From NCBI GenBank assembly GCA_965227295.1, contig OZ245742.1, positions 3,072,001 through 3,136,000 of the forward strand: a stretch of DNA of 64,000 nt, read 5' to 3'. The stretch is from Leptonemataceae bacterium (GTDB taxonomy: Bacteria; Spirochaetota; Leptospiria; Leptospirales; Leptonemataceae). This document shows positions 55,705-64,000 of this stretch, piece after piece. Position 1 is the first letter of the stretch. Each line of letters begins with the position of its first letter. The position numbers and the translations under genes are program-made. The notes under the pieces are model-generated. The model searched no databases. It was not told where the DNA came from and saw only the letters and a list, made by a program, of their open reading frames with translations.

Positions 55705-58700
55705 TTGCATGTAACGACGCGGCTTCCGGCTTTCATTCGAATCTCTCTCTTATTCATATTTATACTTTTCGGTCTCGAAACGGAGGTGCATGCCAATGTC
55801 GGGTCTCCCGTCGCCGGCACTACACCCGGTCAGTTTTCCGTTAACGGCAACGGCGCTGCTGAATACATCATCCCCATTGAAGTCCCGCCAGGCACGAACG
55901 GCGTCGCTCCGAGCCTCAGCGTTAAATATGACAGTCAGCGTAAGAACGGTCTTGCCGGGGTAGGCTTTTCGCTCTCGGGAATCTCGGCGATCACACGTTG
56001 TCCGCAGACCATCGCCCAGGATGGTTTTCAGGGCGGGGTGACCGTCAGCGATATGGATCGCTTCTGTCTGGACGGCCAGCGGTTGATCGCAGTGGAGGGC
56101 AAGTACGGCGGCGACGGCACCGTGTATCATACGGAACGTGAGAGCTGGGCGAAGGTAGTCTCGCATCAGGACCAGAAAATCTGCAACGGTGTTTGTTCTT
56201 TTACGGTGACGACGAAGACCGGTATCCGCCAGGAATTCGGAAGCACGGAGGAATCACGCATTCAGCGCTGGCCGCAGTTTAAGGATGCGGTGATCGTCTG
56301 GGGCATTGCGCGGACCGTTGACCGCAACGGAAATTACGTCGATGTGCATTACTCGAACGATCGCGAGACGTCCCTGGCTCTCGTCGAGCGCATTGATTAC
56401 ACGGGTAACGAAAACAGCAAGGCTGAGCCCCGTCGTTCGGTTCGCTTTCAGTACGAAGAGCGGCCCGACGTTGTAACACACTACTCAGGTGCAAAGAGCG
56501 AGCGTTCCCGACGATTGCGAACGGTAAGTACGTACGTCGACGAATCTCTCGTGAAAGTATATCACCTGAAGTACAAGCAGAGTAGTTTTAACGGGCGCAG
56601 TCTGCTTACGTCGTTGCAGGAATGCGACGCGGACGAACGTTGCTTCGCGCCGACGACGTTTGAGTGGGCCAGTGAAGATTCGCATACGCCGACCTGGAAC
56701 CAGGAGTTTGTTCTGCCGATGGAGCGCGGGCCGGCCGCCTGGGACGGCCAACACGCATTGTGGCTCAAGGACCTGCGCGGTACGGGCAGGCCGGACTTGC
56801 TCTATCTCAAGGACGATACGAAAGAATATTACAGCTTCTTCAACGGCAGCCGGGCGCCGGAGCTCTGGTTCGAGCGGAAGTACGACGTCCCGTGGGACGG
56901 TGACGATTCGCAGTGGATTCAGGACGTGGACGGCGACGGTCGCGTTGATTTTCTGTACCTCGCCGCAGGTACAAAAAAGTACTACTACGCGCGGAATACC
57001 GGAACGAAGCCCGGCAAAGAAGAACTGTGGTTCGAGCGGAAATACGATGTTCCGAGGACCGAAGGCGCAGACTTCCACTGGATTGAAGATCTGAACGATG
57101 ACGGCCGCATGGATATTCTCTACAGGCGTAAGGATACCGGCGAGTACTGGGCCGCGCTGCAAAAGGACGATGGGAGCTTCACGGAACAGAGTCGCTGGCT
57201 CACGCGCTCTACGGATCTGCCGTGGGACGGGAAGAACTGCCAGTGGCTGCTGGACCTCAACGGTGACAATAAGCCGGACTTCGTGTACATCGAATTGCCG
57301 GACTCGAAGGCACCGCGCTACTGGGCCGCCCTGAATAACGGAAGTCGATTTGCGGATCTCAAAGTCTGGCTGGATCGCGGCGAGACCGGCGTGAAGGACG
57401 ACACGATTCCCTGGAAAGGCGCGAATGCCAACTGGCTCAAGGACTTCACCGGTGACGGTCTTCCCGATGTGTTGTACGCGGGAGCGAAAGGCGGCGACCC
57501 GAGCGGCAACTACTACCTGGCCGTCAATACCGGCGACGGCTTCGCTCAGCGGGACCAGGTGGCTTTCCAGAGCGTGCAGGTCGGCTGGGACGGAAACAAC
57601 TCGCAGTGGATCGATGATTTGAACGGCGACGGCCTGCTGGATTTTCTCTACAAGAAACGCGGGGAGCCGGAGTACCACGCGATCATCAATCGCGGCTCAA
57701 GCTTCCTGAGCCAGGGCCTCTGGCTCGATCGTGAGTTCGGTGTGGGCTGGGACGGGAACAACTCGCAGTGGCTGGAGGATCTCAACAACGACGAACTGCC
57801 CGACATGATCTACAAGCGCGAGGGCAAGCCGCATTATTACGTCGCGCTGAACGAGAACGGCCGCAAGTTCGGCGAGCCCCGCATCTGGCTGGATCGTCAA
57901 ATGAGCGTGGCCTGGGACGGCCGGCCGCAGTGGCTGGTCGACTACGACGGCGACAGCCAGCTTGATTTTCTCTATCTACCGGCCAAAGACGACCACTTCC
58001 GCGTCGCCCTGAATCGGAATCCAGGCGATCAACTGCAAACGATCACGGACGGCCTCGGCGCAACAACGTCCGTGCAATACTCCGCGTTGACGAACAGCGA
58101 TCCGCTACGCCAGGTCTTTCAGCGCAGTTGGGGCGCGAAGTATCCGTCGGCCGATGTGGCCAGTTCGTTGGTCGTCGTGTATGTCCATACGATCAGCGAC
58201 GGCCGGCCGGAAACCAACGACGGTTCGCACAGTTATCGCTTCCGGCATTTCTATTCCGGTGCACGCATCGACCGGGACGGCCGCGGCTGGCTCGGCTTCG
58301 AAAAGGTGGACCTCATCGACGAGTCGAGCGGGGTCACGACCAGGACGGTGCACGCTACGGAGTTTCCGGAAGTCGGCGGTGTTCAGAGCGTCAGTGTTGC
58401 CGTAACAAAAACGGGTGAACTGCTGCAGGAAAAGAAATACGACTACTATGATTCCGTACAGCCGTACCCCGGCGTCTACGGACTTCGCCGCAAGAGCAAT
58501 ACCATCATCCAGTACGAAGACGGCGAAGAAGCATATTCGCTCTACAAAGAGTTCGAGTACGACGACTACGGAAACATCACGGCGGTCACGGATAAGGGCG
58601 ATGCGTCGGAAGGCGATCCAATCATCTACACCTGCACACGGTACAACAACGATACGAAGGAGTGGGCCATCGGTTATCCCGTCGAGACGAAGATGTCCGC

Positions 58701-61700
58701 CTCCATGCGGACCTGCGCGGACTTTCAAACCTGGAGCGCGCGGGACGACGCGTACTGGATTCGCACGGCCTACGACCGCCACGGCAATCTGCTCGCGGAA
58801 TCAGAGTATCTTGATACGAAGCAGACCTGGGTGCGTTCGAGTTACAGTTCCGACGTCTACGGCAACCGCGTTACCAGCAGTGATCCACTCGGCAACACAG
58901 CCGTCCAGTTGTACGGTGAATACAATACGTTCGTCGAGACCTGGGCCGCGCCGCCGGCCGGCACGACTCAATGGGGCGAGAGCTGTGCCGCGGCCGGCAA
59001 AAAGTGCACGTTCAGTGGGCGGCGCCTCGTAAAGTACGGCCACGGTTCGCAATGGTACTATCGCCTTGCGAGCGACGGCATTGATTGCAGCGACGCAGTC
59101 TTCGGCGGCGACCCGGCCCCTGGTGTAACGAAAGCATGTTACGCGAGCGAAAGCGATCCCGTGCCTCAGGTAGGTAGTCGTCGCCTGACTGTCGACATCC
59201 GTCCGCTCATGCGTCACGCCACCTATGAACCCGCGTTCGGTACGAAACGGAGCGAGACGGATGTGAACGGCCATGTCACGAAGTACGAGACGGACGGCTT
59301 CGGTCGTTTGCGCGACATCTACGGTCCGAATCCGGACGGCAATTCCGTGCTCATGTCGCATCGGAGTTATGTAAGCGCGGGGATCGGGGCGGTCTTCGTC
59401 GAATCCAGTGAACGCACCACCTGGACGGGGGACGACACGAAGGCCTGGCCTCGCGAGCGAACGTATATCGACGGGCTCGGCCGAACGTTTCGCACCGAAT
59501 CCACCGGACCGAAATCCGGTCAGGACATCATTCACACCGCTCTCTTCGACGACGCCGGCCGGACCTGGAAACAATCCCTCGCCCACTACACGGGGGATCA
59601 GCCGCAATACGTTGAACACACCTACGACTTTCGAAACCATCCGATCGACATCATACAACCCAACGGGGCGAAGCTCCATCGCGACTACGACTTCGGTTCC
59701 GAGGACGGGGGGCGCGCGGATCGCAAGGTCCGCATCACCATGCCGTCACCGTCGGCCGCGGAGGAGGGCAAGACCACCGTCACGCGGACTGAGTATTTGA
59801 ACAGTCGTGGTCAGGTCGAAAAGAGCGTGGCCGTGGACGGTGGTGTGACTGTCTTCGAGTACGATTTACCGGGACGTCTCGTGCGTCGCACCGACCCGCT
59901 CGGCGTGGTTACGGAGCACAGCTACGATTCCCTCGGGCGCATGATCACAAGCAGCATGCCGTCCCGGGGAAAACACAGCTATGAGTACGATGCGGCCGGC
60001 AATCTGGTCGCAAGCACCGACGCGCTCAAGCAGCGCATCGAGTTCACCTTCGACGGTCTCAATCGCCTTCGGAGCAAGACCGTTTACGATGCCGGGAAAG
60101 AGTTCGTTGATCACACCAAATACACGTACGACAACACGCAACAGAAAAACAATCTCGGACAAATCAGTTCGATCAGTACTCCGGATATCACGAGTGTTTT
60201 CGAATACGATGCGTACGGGAACGTAACTCAAGAAAAGATCACATTAGGTGATACGACCTTCGTCCTGCAGGCGAGTTATAATCCGGACGGCAGCATTCAT
60301 TCGAGCACATATCCGGACGGCTCCGTCCTCCGTTACAGCTACACGCCGGAGGGCCTTCCCGCCGCATTGGAGCTGACCGAGGCGGGCAGTAAGACGGGGC
60401 AAACCCTTGTAGAGTATGACGACTACACGGCGCGAGGCCAGGCGCAGAAGATTCTCTACGGCAACGACATGGTCGTCGACTACCGGTATGATGAACTCGG
60501 ACGCCGTGAGACGGGCCAGGCCGCACGCGGCGGGAAAACGATCTATCTCAGGAACAAGTATGTCTGGAACGACGCGAACAAGTTGCTCGCTATCGAAGAC
60601 GGCGAGGCACCGACGCATTCACAGAGGTTCGGCTACGACAGCGCCGGCCGATTGGTTCAGGCGAGCGGTCCGTACCCGAAAACTCGTTACGAGTACGATG
60701 CGAACGGGAATCTCAAACGTAAGAATGATCGGACATACACCTACGACGGGCAGAAGAAGAATCAGCTGAGTTCGATTTCCGGGCTGAGCGGTGAGGTCCA
60801 CTTCGATGCCGGCGGCAACCTGCGGGCGCGGCCGGCGGGGGACGGCGACCGCTGGTACTACGACTTCGACGGACAGGAACGACTGCGCCGCGTGAGTAAA
60901 GGGTCCGACCTTGCGAATGCAAAGACGCTGGATCGCTTCACGTACGACGACGGCGGGCGGCGCATCAAAAAAGAATCGAGCGATGGCATCACAACCTGGT
61001 ACGTCTCACCGGGTTACGAGGTTACGGAGCTGAAGGGCGGCCGCGCGCTGCATACGAAGTATGTCCACGGCCCGTCGGGTCTGGTTGCGTCGATCACGAA
61101 AAACGCGAGCCAGGTGAAACTTGTTGCAGCCCGCAAATCCTCGCCCGCGGAAACGCCTCGCCGACCCGTGCGTGGTCTTGCGTTCGCGGCGTTGATGTTG
61201 CTCGCCTGGAAACAGCGCCGGCGCCTTCCGAATCCCTGGAGCATGCTGCGGCGTGCGTTCACGAGGCACAGCGACAGCGGCCGGCGTCCGCGGCGACGCC
61301 GAACTCTGCGCGGTATGCTGCGCAAGAGTACGGCCGTTTTGCTGGCCGCCGCGGTTTTCGCCACAGGCATGGAACGACCGCTGTACGCCGGGCTCGAACC
61401 CGGGCCCAACGGCGCCGGTGTACCCGTCGAAGGCATCAGCTATTTTCATCAGGATCACGTGATGGGCACGGGGCTCGTCACGGACGCGAAGGGAAATGAG
61501 ACGAGTCGTTTCGTATACGATCCCTTCGGTAAAATCGTCGAAGATGAGAGTTCCGGCAAAGATCAATCGCGCAGTAAGTTCGCGGGCAAGGAGCTCGATC
61601 ACGACATTGATCTTTATTACTTCGGCGCGCGTTACTACGACGCCGCCCTGGGGCGTTTCATTAGTCCGGACCCGGGTCGTCAGTACGCCAGTCCGTACAT

Positions 61701-63054
61701 CTACGGGGCGGATGATCCGGAGGCGTACCTCGATCCGGACGGAAGCGCCGCGGTTCTGGCCGTCATTGCGCTCGGTGCGCTGATCGGCGCGATGGCCGGC
61801 GGCGCGGCAGTAAATCATGATTTCAACCCGGCGCACTGGAACTGGAAGTCCGGCCAGACCTGGGCCGGAATTGTCGGCGGTGGGGTCATCGGCGCGCTCG
61901 GTGTCGAGTTCGGCGCCGCGGTGGCCGAGGCCGAGCTGAATCTGGCCACGACCCTGGCCCTCGAAGGAATGATCGGAGGAACGGAGAACGCGGCTTATAA
62001 GGCGATGGGCGGCGGCGACCTCAAAGAAGTCGGCAAATCGTTTCTCGAAGGATTCGCGATGGGGGTCGTGTTCGGCGGGGCCGTGCGCGCCCTGGGTGCC
62101 GGTTACCGAGCATTAAGGCGCGGTATCAGTCGCGTGTTGAATGCGGGGCTGGAAGACGCTGAGATTGCGGCGGAGTCCGGAGCCGTGTGCGGACTGAGTT
62201 TTGCGAAGGGTACGGAGGTCGCCACCGAAGACGGACCCAGGCCGATCGAAGACATCGAAGTCGGCGAAAAGGTATGGAGTTATAACGAGGCTTCGCAGAC
62301 GCGTGAACTAAAATCCGTCGGGCGCCTGTATACGAGAATCGCGGCCGGTGTGCTGGCGATTACGATCGGCACCGCAACCGTCGAAGCGACGCCGGAACAT
62401 CCGTTTTTTGTCGCGGGCAAAGGCTGGGTCGAGGCCGGCGAATTACAGAGTGGTGATCGGATTCTACAGCGCGACGGCAACAGCGCGCCGGTCGTTTCCG
62501 TGGAGCAGCGTCGGGAGAACCGGCGCGTGTTCAATTTTACCGTCGCCGGGAATCGGAACTATTACGCCGGCGTCCGGGGGCTGTTGGCCCATAACGTCAA
62601 CTGCTGGGGCAAAAGGGGAAACAAGAAGTTTCAGAGCTTCGACGACTTCTGGGACAACTCGACGGACAAGGAATTCTATGCGGAGTGGTCCAAAAACAAA
62701 AAAGGGATTATGAGAGCTTTGCGGGGCAGAGGGGGCTTGCACGAATGGGGCATGGTATCCGAGGCCCCGTCCTTGAAGCGCCAGCGATTCTTAATCAGAG
62801 AACTCAGGAAAATGCAGGAACCCACGAGCGGGGTCAGTTTCATCAAGAAGTCCACGGGTGCGATCGGCAGGCATCCGTCGCGGGGTGTCGCGAATAACGC
62901 GGTCTCGTCGCGAGCGCACAAGGAACTGGCCCGTCTCATACGGAAGTCCGGTACCAAACGAGTGATGATGAAGAGTCTCCGGGCCTTCTTTCAGGGCAGC
63001 AGCAACTACGAGTACGCGGTCAACAGCAGCATCTTTCTTCCGTTCGGTCCATAG
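55705..63054 (+). CDS. Rhs/YD-repeat polymorphic toxin: Sec signal, SpvB/TcaC-like N-terminus, FG-GAP repeats, YD shell, Rhs core, Hint domain, C-terminal toxin
   Basis: Signal ending VHA; GQFSV..GAAEY.IPIEVPPG..PSLS; eight DxxGDGxxD-type repeats; GRGWLGF; YD repeats; YFHQDH, YYFGARYYD..GRFISPDP, PEAYLDPDG; SFAKGT..TPEHPF..HN. Confidence 0.93.
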   Translation: MHVTTRLPAFIRISLLFIFILFGLETEVHANVGSPVAGTTPGQFSVNGNGAAEYIIPIEVPPGTNGVAPSLSVKYDSQRKNGLAGVGFSLSGISAITRCPQTIAQDGFQGGVTVSDMDRFCLDGQRLIAVEGKYGGDGTVYHTERESWAKVVSHQDQKICNGVCSFTVTTKTGIRQEFGSTEESRIQRWPQFKDAVIVWGIARTVDRNGNYVDVHYSNDRETSLALVERIDYTGNENSKAEPRRSVRFQYEERPDVVTHYSGAKSERSRRLRTVSTYVDESLVKVYHLKYKQSSFNGRSLLTSLQECDADERCFAPTTFEWASEDSHTPTWNQEFVLPMERGPAAWDGQHALWLKDLRGTGRPDLLYLKDDTKEYYSFFNGSRAPELWFERKYDVPWDGDDSQWIQDVDGDGRVDFLYLAAGTKKYYYARNTGTKPGKEELWFERKYDVPRTEGADFHWIEDLNDDGRMDILYRRKDTGEYWAALQKDDGSFTEQSRWLTRSTDLPWDGKNCQWLLDLNGDNKPDFVYIELPDSKAPRYWAALNNGSRFADLKVWLDRGETGVKDDTIPWKGANANWLKDFTGDGLPDVLYAGAKGGDPSGNYYLAVNTGDGFAQRDQVAFQSVQVGWDGNNSQWIDDLNGDGLLDFLYKKRGEPEYHAIINRGSSFLSQGLWLDREFGVGWDGNNSQWLEDLNNDELPDMIYKREGKPHYYVALNENGRKFGEPRIWLDRQMSVAWDGRPQWLVDYDGDSQLDFLYLPAKDDHFRVALNRNPGDQLQTITDGLGATTSVQYSALTNSDPLRQVFQRSWGAKYPSADVASSLVVVYVHTISDGRPETNDGSHSYRFRHFYSGARIDRDGRGWLGFEKVDLIDESSGVTTRTVHATEFPEVGGVQSVSVAVTKTGELLQEKKYDYYDSVQPYPGVYGLRRKSNTIIQYEDGEEAYSLYKEFEYDDYGNITAVTDKGDASEGDPIIYTCTRYNNDTKEWAIGYPVETKMSASMRTCADFQTWSARDDAYWIRTAYDRHGNLLAESEYLDTKQTWVRSSYSSDVYGNRVTSSDPLGNTAVQLYGEYNTFVETWAAPPAGTTQWGESCAAAGKKCTFSGRRLVKYGHGSQWYYRLASDGIDCSDAVFGGDPAPGVTKACYASESDPVPQVGSRRLTVDIRPLMRHATYEPAFGTKRSETDVNGHVTKYETDGFGRLRDIYGPNPDGNSVLMSHRSYVSAGIGAVFVESSERTTWTGDDTKAWPRERTYIDGLGRTFRTESTGPKSGQDIIHTALFDDAGRTWKQSLAHYTGDQPQYVEHTYDFRNHPIDIIQPNGAKLHRDYDFGSEDGGRADRKVRITMPSPSAAEEGKTTVTRTEYLNSRGQVEKSVAVDGGVTVFEYDLPGRLVRRTDPLGVVTEHSYDSLGRMITSSMPSRGKHSYEYDAAGNLVASTDALKQRIEFTFDGLNRLRSKTVYDAGKEFVDHTKYTYDNTQQKNNLGQISSISTPDITSVFEYDAYGNVTQEKITLGDTTFVLQASYNPDGSIHSSTYPDGSVLRYSYTPEGLPAALELTEAGSKTGQTLVEYDDYTARGQAQKILYGNDMVVDYRYDELGRRETGQAARGGKTIYLRNKYVWNDANKLLAIEDGEAPTHSQRFGYDSAGRLVQASGPYPKTRYEYDANGNLKRKNDRTYTYDGQKKNQLSSISGLSGEVHFDAGGNLRARPAGDGDRWYYDFDGQERLRRVSKGSDLANAKTLDRFTYDDGGRRIKKESSDGITTWYVSPGYEVTELKGGRALHTKYVHGPSGLVASITKNASQVKLVAARKSSPAETPRRPVRGLAFAALMLLAWKQRRRLPNPWSMLRRAFTRHSDSGRRPRRRRTLRGMLRKSTAVLLAAAVFATGMERPLYAGLEPGPNGAGVPVEGISYFHQDHVMGTGLVTDAKGNETSRFVYDPFGKIVEDESSGKDQSRSKFAGKELDHDIDLYYFGARYYDAALGRFISPDPGRQYASPYIYGADDPEAYLDPDGSAAVLAVIALGALIGAMAGGAAVNHDFNPAHWNWKSGQTWAGIVGGGVIGALGVEFGAAVAEAELNLATTLALEGMIGGTENAAYKAMGGGDLKEVGKSFLEGFAMGVVFGGAVRALGAGYRALRRGISRVLNAGLEDAEIAAESGAVCGLSFAKGTEVATEDGPRPIEDIEVGEKVWSYNEASQTRELKSVGRLYTRIAAGVLAITIGTATVEATPEHPFFVAGKGWVEAGELQSGDRILQRDGNSAPVVSVEQRRENRRVFNFTVAGNRNYYAGVRGLLAHNVNCWGKRGNKKFQSFDDFWDNSTDKEFYAEWSKNKKGIMRALRGRGGLHEWGMVSEAPSLKRQRFLIRELRKMQEPTSGVSFIKKSTGAIGRHPSRGVANNAVSSRAHKELARLIRKSGTKRVMMKSLRAFFQGSSNYEYAVNSSIFLPFGP

Positions 63055-63078
63055 TATCAGGGGCCGCGTTCGTCCGGC

Positions 63079-64000
63079 TCACACCAGCCGCATGATCTCG
63101 CGCACGGCGTAGATCACGTCGGCGACGTCGTCGTCGGACATGGCGCTGTATAGCGGCAGCGAGACGATGTTTTTGTATACGGCCTCGCAGTTCGGAAAAT
63201 CTCGGACGCGCAGTTTATACGTGCTCCGGTAGCGACTGAGGCGATACAGCGGAATAAAGTGCAGCGATACGGCGATGTTCCGCGCGTACATCTCCTCGAC
63301 GAAACGATCGCGAGTGATGCCGCAGCCGCGGGAGATTTCGAGCGTGTAGAGATGATGCGACGACTCGTGCCCGGTGGCCGGATTGCGGCGAATCTTCGCC
63401 GCGTTTTCCAGGTCCGCAAAGGCCGCGTTGTAGCGTTCGTGAATGGACCGGCGACGTTCCAGGGTTTCTTCGCTGCGCGCGAGCTGCACGCGCCCGAGGG
63501 CGGCGTTCATGTCGGACATGTTGTACTTGAAGCCGCGTTCGGTGACGTCGTAGACCCAGCGCTTGCGCCCGTAGGTCTGTCCCTTGATGCCGTGCAGGCG
63601 CATGCGCCGCAGACGTTCCGCTAACTTTGTATCTTCGGTGGTTAGCATGCCGCCTTCGCCGGTGGCCAGGTTCTTGGTGGCGTAAAACGAAAAGGCGACC
63701 GCGTCGCCGGAACCGCCGCCGATCGTGCGGCCGTCGTTCAAACGGGCAGGGAAGGCGTGGGCCGCGTCTTCCAGGATCTTCAGTTTATAACGTTTGCCGA
63801 GTTTGCGAAAGCCTTCCATATCGCAGGGCCGGCCGCCCAGATGGACGGGAACGATCACCCGAATGTTGCGTTTGCTTTGTTTGTGAACGAGGCGATCGTT
63901 TTGCAGCCGACACTCGCGCTCAATGAACTCCGTTACGATCTCCGGCGTGAGCAGGTAACTCTCGCGGTCCACATCGAGGATGATGGGCAGGGCCCCGTCG
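63079..64000 (-). CDS. DegT/DnrJ/EryC1/StrS PLP aminotransferase (5' end outside the window)
   Basis: PVHLGG, EDAAHA, FSFYATKNLATGEGGM, GFKYNMSD, SLPLY. Confidence 0.95.
   Translation of the reverse strand, partial: DGALPIILDVDRESYLLTPEIVTEFIERECRLQNDRLVHKQSKRNIRVIVPVHLGGRPCDMEGFRKLGKRYKLKILEDAAHAFPARLNDGRTIGGGSGDAVAFSFYATKNLATGEGGMLTTEDTKLAERLRRMRLHGIKGQTYGRKRWVYDVTERGFKYNMSDMNAALGRVQLARSEETLERRRSIHERYNAAFADLENAAKIRRNPATGHESSHHLYTLEISRGCGITRDRFVEEMYARNIAVSLHFIPLYRLSRYRSTYKLRVRDFPNCEAVYKNIVSLPLYSAMSDDDVADVIYAVREIMRLV

Noticed and set aside
56737..58020. Recurring TGGGACGG words suggesting a CRISPR-like array
   Set aside because: They encode WDG in in-frame protein repeats; spacing of about 150-190 nt and codon-level divergence do not fit CRISPR, and there are no cas genes.
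62197..62595. Mobile intein with homing endonuclease
   Set aside because: Only 133 aa, no endonuclease, no +1 nucleophile; the context is a pretoxin Hint.

Overview
GC-rich bacterial chromosome segment. A Leptospiraceae-like spirochaete is plausible but unproven, inferred from an Lsa26-like protein, a DUF1574/SGNH-like protein and a spirochaete-style lipobox. From left to right: a 5'-truncated PRMT/COG4076-like methyltransferase; a complete cbb3 oxidase locus (ccoNOQP-G-H-S, DsbD_2-type protein, ccoI); a nucleoside deoxyribosyltransferase and a divergent PstS-like lipoprotein behind tonB-exbB-exbD; and a ~18 kb iron-acquisition block. That block holds a TonB-dependent receptor, rhbABCDEF-order NRPS-independent siderophore genes, a second acyltransferase, an ABC-2 exporter, a desaturase/hydroxylase, an AT3 acyltransferase and a PepSY-TM protein, and is bracketed by three copies of a Fur-like 7-1-7 box. 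Next come a Pho cluster (phoX, olsB-like, phoR, phoB, with Pho boxes), tRNA-Gly(TCC), a 157-nt REPIN-like hairpin, housekeeping genes (AKR, pgi, GST), a signalling block (1848-aa kinase-ATPase-GAF-cyclase, MCP, membrane cyclase), marR/pirin and a gluzincin-propeller-Omp85-like protein. The window ends with a 2449-aa Sec-signal Rhs toxin and a 5'-truncated DegT aminotransferase. The Rhs carries a lectin-like insert, an internal anchor plus signal-peptide-like hairpin, a Ser-Hint domain and an unassigned HEW-type tip, and has no immunity gene. No CRISPR array, rRNA, transposase or integrase was seen. All calls come from motif reading and recall, not database searches.
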